Assembly: GCA_963730615.1 (NCBI GenBank)
Contig: CAVSSR010000006.1
Span: forward strand, 488,389 to 552,388
DNA length: 64,000 bases
From: an uncultured Bacteroidales bacterium
Lineage (GTDB): Bacteria; Bacteroidota; Bacteroidia; Bacteroidales; VadinHA17
Reading direction: 5' to 3'
The notes below the pieces were generated by a model that saw only the letters and a program-made list of their open reading frames with translations, searched no databases and was not told the origin of the DNA. Of the stretch, positions 31,589-44,800 are shown one piece after another. The translations under genes and the position numbers were made by a program. The stretch's first letter is position 1. The number at the start of each line of letters is the position of its first letter.

Positions 31589-32629
31589 CTATTTTAAATA
31601 AGAGCCGCAACTGCTCCTGATAACAAGTTCAGGAACCATGTTTACCTGGCGCTTGTACTTGCTCTTACCCTGGTTTTTCACCTCAGACCAGACTATGTTG
31701 GCCACCTTCAGCGACATAGCGGACAGAGGTCTGCGCAGTCTTGTCACCGGGGTTGTCAGCAGGTCGAACCCGATGCCGTCTTCCATCGACACAAGGGCAA
31801 CATCCTGCGGAATGCGGATGTTTTTTTCCTGCAGCGACAGATAGAGCGGGAAGACCAGCGGTGAGTTGATTACGATGATGGCATCGCTGCGGTGAGGCGG
31901 TCTCAGGAAGTTTTCAATCTGTGCGAAATCAAACTTCTCCCCTGCTTTGGGAAGACTTCCCACTGCAAAATGAACAGAATCGAACCCTTTGGACTTCTTT
32001 GTAGCAGCCTTGAGCTCCTCGAGCATTTCCTTATCATAGGAGGCTGTGTCCTCGCCTGAAATAATAAGGAGGTTCCTGAGGCCAAGGGACATAAGATGCG
32101 CGGTCATAATACTTGCACCGGCTACCCTGTCTGTACATACAGTGTTAAGTCTCATCCTCTTGACGCTTTTTTCAAGAAGCACCAGCGGATAAGAATCCCT
32201 GTTCAGTGACCTGACCACTGTGTCATCGGCGGCGCTGCCCATCAGGATCATCCCGCTGAAGAATTTCTTAAGTGATGCTGTCAGCCGTGTAAAACGCATG
32301 TCGTCCGGATCACGTGTAAAAACAGAGAATCCGAGGCCGATGCTTGCGAAAGCTTTCTGAAGAAAAGGGGTTATCTCATAAATAAACGGATCATTCATGG
32401 AAGGTACAATCATACCTATAACACCCGGTTTCTCTTCTACAGGGGCAGCCTCCCCTTTCCCGCTTACAGCATTGAAATAGCCCATCTGTCTTGCAACAGC
32501 AAGGACCCTCTCCTGCGTTTCTTTCTTGATTCCGTGCTGATCAGCTTTATTATTCAGCACCAATGATACTAACGTGCCCGAAAGACCCAGTCTTGCGGCA
32601 ATGTCTTTGTTTTTGACTTTCTTCCCCAT
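31589..32629 (-). CDS. LacI-family transcriptional regulator
   Basis: The N-terminal HTH is IKDIAARLGLSGTLVSLVLNNK, followed by a periplasmic-binding-protein-like sugar-binding fold. The stop directly abuts the transglutaminase-like gene start. Confidence 0.85.
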   Translation of the reverse strand: MGKKVKNKDIAARLGLSGTLVSLVLNNKADQHGIKKETQERVLAVARQMGYFNAVSGKGEAAPVEEKPGVIGMIVPSMNDPFIYEITPFLQKAFASIGLGFSVFTRDPDDMRFTRLTASLKKFFSGMILMGSAADDTVVRSLNRDSYPLVLLEKSVKRMRLNTVCTDRVAGASIMTAHLMSLGLRNLLIISGEDTASYDKEMLEELKAATKKSKGFDSVHFAVGSLPKAGEKFDFAQIENFLRPPHRSDAIIVINSPLVFPLYLSLQEKNIRIPQDVALVSMEDGIGFDLLTTPVTRLRRPLSAMSLKVANIVWSEVKNQGKSKYKRQVNMVPELVIRSSCGSYLK

Positions 32630-32700
32630 ATTTAAAAGTTTAAAAAGCTAATTTAGAAATAAAACTATTAGAACATGGGCCTGTTTAGACAATTTATGTT

Positions 32701-32728
32701 AAAAAAAATCCCGCCTGCGCGGGATTTC
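32701..32728 (-). terminator. rho-independent terminator downstream of yidC
   Basis: Minus-strand read AATCCCGC-GCAG-GCGGGATT followed by 8 T (plus-strand A-run 32701-32708). Confidence 0.85.
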
Positions 32729-32732
32729 TCTT

Positions 32733-34709
32733 CTATCTCTTTAGGCCCTTGTAACCGCCCTGTTTAGCTGCGGCATCGAGCCGTTGCTGCCATTTGGATT
32801 TTTTTACGGGTTTTTTCTTGTTCTCCTCAATTTTCTTTAGAAGATCCTTTTCACTGACAAATCGTTGTGAAACCTGGGTCTGAATAATTGAGATCACGTT
32901 AGCGAGAAAATAGTAATATGTCAGGCCTGCCGAAAAGTTATTGAGGATTAGCATAAACATAACAGGCATCATGTACATCATTGTCTTCATACCCGGCATC
33001 TGTTCCTGCCCTCCGGCGGGGCTGCTTATCTTCGTTGTAATGATAGTCGAGGCTGTCATCAGCAGAGTGAAGAGACTGACATGATCACCGTACATCGGGA
33101 TTGTGAAGGGAAGATTGAATATGGAATCATATGTTGAGAGGTCATGGGCCCAGAGGAAAGACTGCTGCCTGAGCTCTATGGATGCCGGGAAAAAGCGGAA
33201 CATGGCGAAGAGGATAGGCATCTGCAGCATCATCGGCAGGCATCCTCCCATCGGGCTGACACCGGCCTTCTTATAGAGCTCCATCGTCGCCTGCTGCTTT
33301 TTCATCGCATCATCCTTGTTGGGAAACTTTTTGGCAATCTCGTCAACCATGGGTTTCATCACCTTCATTTTCGCCTGTGACAGGAACGATTTATGCGTCA
33401 GGGGAAAGAGTACAATCTTGATTAACAAGGTAAGGATGAGAATAATGATACCGTAGTTTACTATGAAATTGTCAAGCAGGTTAAATATTGGAATAATGAC
33501 ATACTGGTTGATCCATCTGATAATATTTTTCCCCAGGTAGACAAGTTCTTCCAGCTCAAGGTTATACTTCTTCAGGGTGGTGAATTTGTTAGGCCCGAAG
33601 TACATCTTCATCTTTACCTGAGATGTCTCCCCGTTCGCATAGGGTACGCCAATTTCTGATTCAAAAAATCGCAGGAACTTTGAGGTGGGGTCCGCATTCC
33701 TGGAAGAAACAGATGCATTCAGGAAATAATCATTCGCAATCAGCACCGTTGAAAAGAACTGGTCCTTGTATGCTATCCAGTCAGTCTTCATCAGGTTGGC
33801 AGTCACAGTTTCCTTCTTCTGTTTCTGGTTTCCTCCTGTCAGGCCTTCAACGCTCTCCTGGTAAACCTTGTATTTCAGTCCTGTATAGGTATCCTCATTC
33901 AGCTTTCCTTTTTCCTGTTGCGGGATGTACATCTTCCAGTCAAGAGCGAGGGAAGTAACATTGGCCGGGATCACCGAGCCCATACCGGAGAACCGGGTTT
34001 CAAAGTCAACCATGTATTCACCCGGCTGAAGGGTATAAACGTATTCAATGAAGGCACCGTTCTCTGCAGGAAGCCTCATTGTCAGGCTTGAAGGCTGAGC
34101 AGTAACAACCACGGGGCCTGCATAGTCCTCAGCTTTGAAATACAGATCATTTGTATTGATCAGCTTATTATCAACGGTGAAGAATTTGTAACCGAATACA
34201 GTAGAGTCTCCGTTGAACAGTATGACAGGCAGCGAATCGTGTGTCTTATATTCCTTCAGAAGCGCTGAATAGGGTCGTCCTCCTTTGGATGATACGGTAA
34301 GAATGATCAGGTCATTTTCAATAGTGTAAAACTCATTATCACCTTTAGCCCTGGCTGAAAAAACACCGAGTGCGGTGCTGTCAGGTGTCGCAGTTGCCTG
34401 AACCGGAACCCTGGCAGCAATAGTATCTCCGGCTGTCTGTGTTGTTTCTGACTGCCGGGTCTGTGTATTTTGCCCCAGTTTGTTGTTAAGCTCAATAACT
34501 CTGTTTACGGTAGTCTGATCTTTGGGTCTTAAATTGAGAGCCCTGATATATGATTCTCTTGCCTGATCATAACTGCCTGCTGAATAAAGAGAATCTGCAT
34601 ACTCAGTCTCTGCCTCGAATTGCTTCTTGGTCTTCTGGCTGTTGTATAAACTAAATCCCAGAAAAATCAGGAAAATGAGAGCAATTCCGGTTATTGTATT
34701 TTTATCCAT
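32733..34709 (-). CDS. yidC: membrane protein insertase YidC (long Bacteroidota form)
   Basis: Intact 658 aa. It has an N-terminal TM, a large periplasmic domain and the C-terminal conserved core ...KMKVMKPMVDEIAKKF...ELYKKAGVSPMGGCLPMMLQMPILFAMF.... Confidence 0.92.
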   Translation of the reverse strand: MDKNTITGIALIFLIFLGFSLYNSQKTKKQFEAETEYADSLYSAGSYDQARESYIRALNLRPKDQTTVNRVIELNNKLGQNTQTRQSETTQTAGDTIAARVPVQATATPDSTALGVFSARAKGDNEFYTIENDLIILTVSSKGGRPYSALLKEYKTHDSLPVILFNGDSTVFGYKFFTVDNKLINTNDLYFKAEDYAGPVVVTAQPSSLTMRLPAENGAFIEYVYTLQPGEYMVDFETRFSGMGSVIPANVTSLALDWKMYIPQQEKGKLNEDTYTGLKYKVYQESVEGLTGGNQKQKKETVTANLMKTDWIAYKDQFFSTVLIANDYFLNASVSSRNADPTSKFLRFFESEIGVPYANGETSQVKMKMYFGPNKFTTLKKYNLELEELVYLGKNIIRWINQYVIIPIFNLLDNFIVNYGIIILILTLLIKIVLFPLTHKSFLSQAKMKVMKPMVDEIAKKFPNKDDAMKKQQATMELYKKAGVSPMGGCLPMMLQMPILFAMFRFFPASIELRQQSFLWAHDLSTYDSIFNLPFTIPMYGDHVSLFTLLMTASTIITTKISSPAGGQEQMPGMKTMMYMMPVMFMLILNNFSAGLTYYYFLANVISIIQTQVSQRFVSEKDLLKKIEENKKKPVKKSKWQQRLDAAAKQGGYKGLKR

Positions 34710-34724
34710 ATATGGTTTCCGTTA

Positions 34725-36350
<1,626 letters not shown>

Positions 36351-36375
36351 TTATTTATCGCCGGAGACGTGCAAT

Positions 36376-38552
36376 TTATTCTTCCGACATTGAGCTGTCG
36401 ATCAGCTTTACCTTCTCTTCAAGGACCTTAATGTTCCTCTTGGCGTCGGCGATTTTCTCCTGCACTTCCAGGATCATTTTATCGGCATTGGTTGACTTGG
36501 CGAAGAACCCGATATTGTTTTCCCACAACACTATGTCGCTCTCCAGCTGTTTGATTTTGCTGTAGAATTTCTCGCGTTCATTCTGGACTTTGCGTGCAGC
36601 ACGCGGGTTTGATTTGGCGCTGTCTACCTTACTCCTGAACCTGAGAATGTTTTTATCCTCGTCATCCAGCTTGAGCTTATCGAACTGCTTGTTCAGCGCA
36701 TCTTTGTACTTGCGCGCTATCTCTTCCTTTTTGTTGAACGGAACGTATCCGATGTCGGTCCAGCGTCTTTGTATGTCCTTAAGCTGCTCAAAGCCGGCTC
36801 TGACATCTTCACCGGGGTCAACGGCCTCAAGTTCAGCAATCAATGCCAGCTTGGCGTTAAGGTTATCTTCGTATGAAGTATCCCTGCCGGCAAAGAACTC
36901 CGACTTGTGGGTAAAGAATGTATCGCAAGCCTTGCGGAAGCGCTTCCATATTTTCTCGGAATATTTCTTCGGAACAGGGCCTATATCCTTCCACTCTTTC
37001 TGCAGCCTGATAAGCATCTCGGAAGTCTCTTTCCAGTCAGTACTTTCCTGAAGGGCCTCGGCTTTAAGACAGAGATCAGTCTTGAGCTGCAGGTTTTTGA
37101 CCTGTACTTCTTTGCTCTCCGCAAAGAAGGCACGCTTCTTTTCAAAGAATTTGTCGCATGCAGCCCTGAACCTGAGGTATATTTTGTTATTATTTTTCTT
37201 TGGAGCAAACCCGAGTGTCCTCCATAGCTTCTGGCATTCAATAATTGCATCGGATTTCTCCCTGAAATCAGCGAATGTCAGTATCTCGCCGTTTGCTATC
37301 TCTTCAGCCTTCTCGCACAAAGCAATCTTGGCGTCAAAGTTTTTCTTCTGGTCGTCTTTCTGCTTCTCAAAGAATTCATGATGTCTTTTGTTGACCTGTG
37401 ATGTTGCCTCACGGAAGCGCTCCCAGATATCATTTTTACTTTCGTGAGTCACCGGACCTATTTCGCGCCACTGATTGTGATAGTCCTGCAGAAGCTTAAA
37501 GGCATTGACTGCGTTGGGTTCGAGAAGAAGTTCCTCAGCCTTTTCGCACAGTGCAATCTTGGCCTCCATGTTCTTTTTCAGATCGAGGTCCCTGAGCTCA
37601 CGGTTAATCTTGATATAATCATAGAACATCTCCACACTGTGGTGGTAGTTTTCCCACAGGTCCTTCAGGTTTCCCTGGGGCACTATTCCGATGGAATGCC
37701 ATTCATTCTGAAGGTTCCTGAATTCCTGGAAAGTCTTGTTGATTGCCTCTTCCCTGTTGACGAGGTCTTTAATACGCTCTATTATCTCTGTTTTCCGGTG
37801 CAGGTTTTCCTGTTTCTCACTCTCCTGTATCCTGTTATAATCGCTCTTCCTGTTCCGGTAGGTCTCAAGTATCACCTTGATCCTGTTTTCAAGCTCATCC
37901 GGTTCAGGCTTGTAATCTTCAATATTACCGCCCTCTTTTGCAAAATTGAGTCTTTTCTCATTGAACTCAACCTTGGTTCTCTTATAAAAGAATTCTTTTA
38001 TGCGGGTGACATCTTCAAGTATCTCGGAAGGAGGCCTGTTCTCAACAATGAGCGCCAGCGTTGCAACGAGTTCTTTTCTTGAGAGGCCGCTGTAGTCTAC
38101 AGGCGGCAGAGTGATGTCGTCATAGTTTGCCGTCTCCCCGGCTGGCAACTCTGCATCATCGGTATCCGGCGCCAGATCTGTCTCCGGTGTTTCATCCGGC
38201 AACTCATCCGGGGCCGGCATTTCTTCATGCGACCCTTCATCGGCCGGAATTTCTTCAGCCGTTTCTTCATGCAGCCGGAATTTCTTCAGCCGTTTCTTCA
38301 GCAGCCGGAATTTCTTCCGCTGTTTCTTCTCACAGCCGGAATTTCTTCCGCAGGTGCCAATTCTTCAACCGGCTCTTCAGTCACCGGCTCAGCATTCTCA
38401 GACACAACAGGCTCATTTTCAACTTCGATATGCTCGGCAGGTTGTTCCTGTGTTGTCGTTTCAGTAATTTCTTCTCCCGTAGATTCAGATGCTTTTTTGT
38501 CAGCATCGAATTGTTCATCATGAACAGAGTTTACCGGATTTTTGGTAGTCAT
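36376..38552 (-). pseudogene. DUF349 domain protein with acidic repeat N-terminus; frame lost twice inside the repeat
   Basis: ORF 36376..38220 has multiple DUF349 repeats (W..IGPVP...IW.RF..A.D.FF). The N-terminus MTTKNPVNSVHDEQFD... starts at 38552 (ORF 38298..38609). The frame breaks fall in 31-nt versions of a 30-nt repeat. Confidence 0.8.
38243..38356. repeat. coding tandem repeat, about 3.7 units of 30-31 nt (GCCGGAATTTCTTCAGCCGTTTCTTCAGCA); encodes ..EETAEEIPA.. on the minus strand
   Basis: Units start at 38243 (31 nt), 38274 (30 nt), 38304 (31 nt) and 38335 (partial). Confidence 0.85.
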
Positions 38553-38737
38553 CTTTAATCCTGTTAGATCAGTGCAGTTTACAATGGAGGGCAAAGCCTT
38601 ACTCCCCATTTTTCAAAGCACGAAAATAATGGATTATTGGTAAAACTCAAACCAATACATCAATTAAATGAGACAGTGCTTTCACTAAATGATCAAATGA
38701 ATTAACTTTGTTACCTTCTGCTTCAGTCAAATATACC

Positions 38738-38914
38738 ATGGAAAAGAAAGATATTATTATTCTGGTACTCGTTGTGGTTGCCCTTGCGTTTAACCTCTAT
38801 ATGCGCAATGCCAGGAAGAAGAAAGCCGCAGCAGCAACCGGTGCAGGAAAGATTGAAAAGAAAGGTGGTATTTCAGGGTCACCTGATGATTATGAGCCCT
38901 ATTCAAAGAGATAG
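38738..38914 (+). CDS. hypothetical small single-pass membrane protein
   Basis: ATG at 38738: MEKKDIIILVLVVVALAFNLYMRNARKKK..., one TM helix followed by a basic/Gly-rich tail. No family recognised. Confidence 0.4.
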   Translation: MEKKDIIILVLVVVALAFNLYMRNARKKKAAAATGAGKIEKKGGISGSPDDYEPYSKR

Positions 38915-38925
38915 CAGGATACGGG

Positions 38926-41116
38926 TCACTGTCCCAGTTCCAGCTGATCTCTTATAAGCCTGTAATAGGCGCCTTTCTTCTGCACGAGCTCCTGGTGGGT
39001 ACCATACTCCTGAACATTGCCTTTTTCAAGTACCACAATCATATCGGCATTGCGCACAGTACTGAGGCGGTGAGCCACAATGACCACTGTTCTCCCTGCA
39101 TAAAAGCCGGCCAGGTTTTCCACTATCATTCTTTCATTTGACGCATCAAGGGCGCTGGTTGCTTCATCAAGGAGCAGCAGTGAGGGCTCCTTGAAGATGA
39201 CACGTGCAATGAGTATTCGCTGTTTCTGTCCCTGGCTCAGACCGTGGCCGCCCTGGCCGATCCGCGTCTGCATTCCGGCCGGCAATGTGTCGATCAGGGG
39301 CTGCAGGTTGGCAATACTGATGGCGCGCCTGACACTTTCCATATCAGGGTTGTCAATACCCGGGGCAATATTTGCCAGGATCGTGTCCGGAAAGATATAC
39401 CCTTCCTGCATCACAACACCCGTTGTCCTCCTCAGTGAGGATATGCTTATCTCCTCAAGCTTTCTTCCCGTCTATCATAATAGTGCCCTTTTCCGGGCGG
39501 TAAAAGCCCATCAGCAGCTTAAGAAAGGTTGTTTTACCCGATCCGCTCTCTCCGACAATGGCGGTAATTTTGCCGGCAGGAATCTGCAGGCTGAGATCCT
39601 CTATTACCCATCGTGAACCGGGACCCTCATACCTGAAAGAGAGGCCATCAACGTCGATCTGCATTTTATCAGGGGCATTGATTTTACCTGTGTCTGCCTC
39701 AGCTTCTTCCGGTTCCATGGCATGCACTTCAGCAAGGCGTTCAAGGCTTATCCGGGCATCCTGTGTTGAACGCATGAAATTAATGATCTGTGATACTGGT
39801 CCGTTCAGTTGTCCTGTTATAAACTGCACGGCAAGCATCATGCCGAGCGTCATGGTACCGTTCACGACTGATGTGGCAGATATAACCGTTATAAGTAATA
39901 TTGGCCGATTCATGTATGAGTGTCCCTCCCGCAGTCTGGAACTGAAGTATCTTAAGGCCTTTAACCCTGGTGCGAAAGATATCCCTCTGCTGTGCCTCCC
40001 ATTCTCTTCTGTTGGCTGCTTCGTTGCCTGCCAGCTTGATCTCCTGCATCCCGTTAACGATGTTTATCATCTTGTTGCCAGATTCAGCCATCTGTCTGAA
40101 TCTTAAATTGTCAAGCCTCTCACGTGAAGGCATGAAAAGAGTCACATAAAGCAGATACAGTATCGTTCCTCCGAGGAAAACGAGAAGTACCGGAATGCTG
40201 TAAAGTCCCAGAACAACACCAAAGACCAGGAAATTAAAGAAGGAGAAAAGGATTGCAAGACTTGATGAGGTGAGATAGCTCTCAATCCTGCTGTTGTCGT
40301 CAATCCTCTGCAGGATATCTCCGTTCAGCTTGGAATCGAAATAGGCAATCGGCAGTTTCATCAGCCTGGCAAGGAAATCGGACACTATTGTTATGTTCAG
40401 CCGTGTTCCCACATGCAGCAGAAGCCATCCGCGGGTGAACTCGACTGCCATCCGCCCCGCGATGAGAGCCAGCTGTCCGGCAAGGATCAGGTAAATGAGC
40501 CTGAGATCACTGTTTTTAATACCCCTGTCAATTATCGCCTGGGTGAGGAAGGGAAAGACAAGCTGTATCGCGCTGCCTGCTAGCAGCCCGGCAAAAAGCA
40601 GGATTATCTGACGGCGGTATGGTCTTAGATATGGAAGCAGAAAAGTAAATCCTCCTCCTGAGGGCGGATCATCCGGAATTTCTGTCAAACTGATGGCCGG
40701 GCTCAAGAAAGAGCGCCATACCGGTATTGTTATCACTATTGCTGCTCGACAGCCCACCCTTTAAGAAACTCGTCCGTGGTCATCCGGAGCCTCCCCAGAG
40801 CCGGATCGCTTACCCAGACTTTTTTGCCGGAAATCCTGTTAACCACAATGAAGTGGTTCTGCTGCCAGTGGACTATGCATGGCAATGGAGCTTTTGCAGC
40901 CAGTTCCGCAAAAGGTATCTTCACCCCTACCACCTTGAACCCCATGCTCTCAGCAGCGGTTTTCATACCGAGAAACGAAACTCCCTCCCTTGTAATATAG
41001 GCACGTTTGCGTATTGTCTCAAGCGAGATACGTTTTCCGTGCCACCTGGCTACCATGCTGATGCAGGCCGGACCACAGTCCATTGCATCATATTGTCTGA
41101 CAAAGGGATATTTCAT
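38926..41116 (-). pseudogene. peptidase-C39-domain ABC exporter for double-glycine-leader peptides (ComA/LagD/SunT class), three frameshifts
   Basis: Four fragments. 40736..41116 is the C39 domain, with QYDAMDCGPACISMVARWHG (catalytic Cys) and HWQQNHFIVV (His). 39780..40757 is the six-TM ABC membrane domain. 39455..39913 carries Walker A GESGSGKTT. 38926..39414 carries LSQGQKQR and LLLLDEATSALD. Confidence 0.88.
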
Positions 41117-41261
41117 ACTTCCGCAGCCTATCGCATTAACAGTGATGTAAATATATCCATTATTTTCTGACCTCTTCCGGCCTGCTGCAACTTAAGTACC
41201 GCCGGGCCGTATTAGTATTTTCGGCCACGGAAACATTATATTTGCCAATTAAACCGCTTGA

Positions 41262-41828
41262 TTGGGCCTATTTAAGAAGTACCCGGACAGTGACATCATT
41301 GATGGCATCAGGAGACAGGACAATAAGATTCTAACCTACCTCTACGACGCTTACTATGAGGTTATCCGGGACCATCTGAGAAAGAACAACGGATCAGATG
41401 ACGATGTCTATGACGTACTTCAGGAATCAGTGGTTATACTTTATAAGCAGGTCACCGGTGAAGGATTTAAACTTACATCTGATCTCAAGGGCTACTTTTT
41501 CGGAATTGCAAGGAACCTGTGGAACACCCAGCTCAGGTACCGCTCGCGTGTCACCACTCTTGAGACCGAACCGGCCAATCCGGATGAAGCAGAGGATTTA
41601 ACCAAGGCAGCCCTCGAGAGGATAGTAACAAGGTCATTTGCACTTCTGAAGGAGGACTGTCAGATGGTTCTCAGACTATTCAGCGAAGGTTACAGCTACG
41701 AGGAGATTGCCCGAAAAATGGGTATGAAGAATGAGGCATACGCCAGGAGAAAGAAGTATTTGTGCAAGGAAGCCCTGATGGAGATCATCAAGACAGATCC
41801 GGAATATCAGGATCTTGGACCTCTGTAG
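41262..41828 (+). CDS. sigma-70 family (ECF-like) RNA polymerase sigma factor
   Basis: 188 aa with a TTG start as listed. The region-2-like stretch is DVLQESVVILYKQV...FFGIARNLWNTQL. The region-4 HTH is LFSEGYSYEEIARKMGMKNEAYARRKKYLCKEAL. Confidence 0.8.
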   Translation: MGLFKKYPDSDIIDGIRRQDNKILTYLYDAYYEVIRDHLRKNNGSDDDVYDVLQESVVILYKQVTGEGFKLTSDLKGYFFGIARNLWNTQLRYRSRVTTLETEPANPDEAEDLTKAALERIVTRSFALLKEDCQMVLRLFSEGYSYEEIARKMGMKNEAYARRKKYLCKEALMEIIKTDPEYQDLGPL

Positions 41829-44800
41829 ACAGTAGCAACAAGAATGGCAGATGCCAGCAGAAACAGTAAAAGTGCGGAATAGAGCTTAATTCTGTTGAAC
41901 CATAAAGGCGTATCATCACCATAAATGACAAGTGTTGCCCAGTAATAAGGATGCGAACGCTCCTGGTCAGCTGTCCTGAGAAATTTAAGACGTGCGTTGC
42001 GCAGGGCCGAGCTTTTAGTCTGACCGCTTCTCATGTTCCTGTAGAATGATTTGATAACCGCTGAAGAAGAAAAGTCTTCCACAGCCCACATCGACATCAC
42101 TACCGAGTGGCTGCCGGCAAAGAGAAATCCCCTGGCCAGGCTTAGTATGCCCTCTCCGGTCACCAGCTTCCCTGTACCTGTGTTACAGGAGCTCAGAACT
42201 ACCATCATTGCATTGACAGGCACATTATAGACTTCGTAGGTGTTCAGCATGCCGTCTTCCTGGCTGCCGGCCGGGGCAGAAAAGATCATTTTGGAAAACG
42301 CCGGATGATCATCGTCAACCAGCGTATGCATTGCCAGGTGAATTATTTTATAATTGCGTGCTTCTGTCTTATAAGCTTCCTCAGTGGCGTTTCCGGCGAT
42401 AAAGGCTTTGCCTCCGCACTGATCGACAGCATTCTCTGCTTCGACAACAGCAAATGGAAGACTGCGGATCTCACCTCTAAGGTTTGGAAAAACATTGAAG
42501 AGAGAATCATTAATCTCCATTCCCTCGTAGGTCGGGGCAAAAGCAACAAGAGGATTGCTCAGGCTGCGGCTTCGTTCCTGGGTCTCAGAGGATAGCGTCA
42601 CGCTGTAGATATACGAGAAACGGTACTTCTTCAGAGCAAACGGAGCCTCACGGTACAGCAGCTCCGGGCTTCGAAACTCCTCTGTTATCAGGGTCTCAAA
42701 AGGAATATATGAAAGGATATTGTCAGGCGAGATGATTATCTTATCCCCTTTCAGATACGGCACGGCAGGCTCAAGAAGGACGCTGTACAACTCGAATGCA
42801 AGATCCATATACTCGTTGAAAGGCTGCCGGACATTGCTTGTCGCAGGCATGACTGAGAGCATACTTCTGAAATCGGCTCAGGGTTGAGTAGAAGGTTGAA
42901 TCAATATCCCTTGTAATGATCTCTGTGCGATGCCTGTTGGTAACAATTATATAAAGTTTTTCTTCAGTCAGAACATAACTCAGGAGGTTGGCTTTCTTAC
43001 TGATAACATCATTGACATTGCCCAGGGAGGTTACATTGCTCCTGAATTTAAGATTGTAGTATGAGGGGTAATTCTTTTCAAAGATCTGAATCAGTGAATC
43101 ACGTGATCGAAGCAGTCCGAAGGAAACGCTCTCCCAGGTGGCAATTTTCTGAGAGTCAGGAGTAGCTGTATTTTTTTCATTGACAATGAGTTCTTTGTAA
43201 AGCCCGATTCTTTTCCTGATATCATTGTCCTGCCTCACCAGATCTTCGGGCAGTGAGAATTTTGCGGCATTTAGCTCCCTCATTGATGCAAGGAATCCTG
43301 CCACCTTGCTTCTTTCAGAGGCCTCAAAAGCCCCTTCCAGATAAGCCTTGTCATGGTTCACTGTGTAAAGCTGAACGTAATTGTCAATAATTCCTGTGTA
43401 GAACTTCCTGGAATATGCGCTTAGGTTTGTGCGGCTTTCCTCCTCACTCATCTCCAGTCTCTGACGGTCAAACAATGTCATTATGATCTTTCCTGTCTCA
43501 ACTGCCTCCCTGACAAGATTTATATTCCCGGTTTCTTTTCCCAGTGCATTTAATGCTTTATATCTCAGCATGAGTACCTGCAGGTCATCTGAAGTCAGGG
43601 AACTTCCTCCCGGGGCAAGGCCTGTGCCACCTGATAAATTTTCGCTGACATGAATTAAAGTATCAGTAATCTCAAGTGCTTTCCCATACTGGCCGACATC
43701 AAACAATGTCGTGGCATAATCAGTCAGCAGGTACTTTTTCATTGCAACATCCCATGGATGGCTTTCAATGTAAGGGAGGCAACTTTTATATATTTCAATG
43801 GCTTTGTTCCCTTCACCGGACTTATTATGGGCAAAGTCAGCCCTTGAGGCCAGCATCATACAATATTCGCGACTGTCCGGTCCGAAAACTCTTCTGACAC
43901 CTTCGAGGCCATCCTGCAAAACTCTTTCGCCTTCAACCGTCCTTCCTTTCTCCGCAAGAAAAGCTGCATAATTAATATATACAAGATACTTTTCCCTGTT
44001 ATCAGCATCACCTGAGAGAGAAAGGCCTCTCTTAAAGAATTCCTCTGCTTCCTCCGGCTGATCAAGACGTCTGTACAACTGTGACATGGTATTAATAACC
44101 AGCTGCTTCGACCCGCTGTTCCCCGTTCCGTAATTGTCATAAAGCTTAAGCGCTTCGCTGCAGTAAACAAGTGATTTGGTATACTCTGAATTACGGTAAA
44201 GGCTGAGACCGATGACCTGATAAAGGTCAGCAGTCACTGCCGGGGTCACCTTGCCGGGATATAGCCTTGCAAGCGTCAGTCCCGCCTCAGCGAGGGAAAT
44301 CGCATTGCCGGAATCATTCATCTCAAGACAGATGCTTGCCAGATTTAGATAGTTGTTGGCGAGAGAAGAAGAATCACTTCCCATGACCAGTCTCCTGGCA
44401 TTCAGTGCAATTAATCCCATGTCATATGCACGCGAATAATTTCCGATCCTGAAAAGTGTGGCAGCCAGATTGTTCAGACACAAGGAATAACGCATGTCGT
44501 AAATACGGGCACTCTCCCTTAACCCGGCTGAAAGGTCAAAGCTCTCAATTGCCTCGGAATACCTGTTCACACTCAGGTAATAATAACCTGTCAGATAGTA
44601 TGAATCCGAAACCAGCAAAGTATCTGTCATCTTCTCTTCGCTGAGTATCTTTGTAATCTCTCTGACCAGGTTTTCTGTTCTGCCTGCCACCTCACCGGAT
44701 TCCAATTCTCCCCTAAGGTTGCTGTTCAGATTTGCCAGATGTATGGCAACACTATCCCGGTCATCCTCTCCTCTCAGAACCTCATTTTCATTAAGGTATT

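Noticed and set aside
38243-38356. Possible CRISPR array, because of regularly spaced 30-31-nt direct repeats
   Set aside because: The units are contiguous with no spacers, lie inside a coding region and translate to an acidic peptide repeat, with no cas genes nearby. This is a coding tandem repeat, not a CRISPR array.
38738-38914. Small protein ending ...IEKKGGISGSPDDYEPYSKR as a second double-glycine peptide substrate next to the C39 exporter
   Set aside because: Its N-terminus is a hydrophobic TM helix rather than an LSxxELxxIxGG-type leader, and the GG is not preceded by the consensus. It is more likely a small membrane protein.
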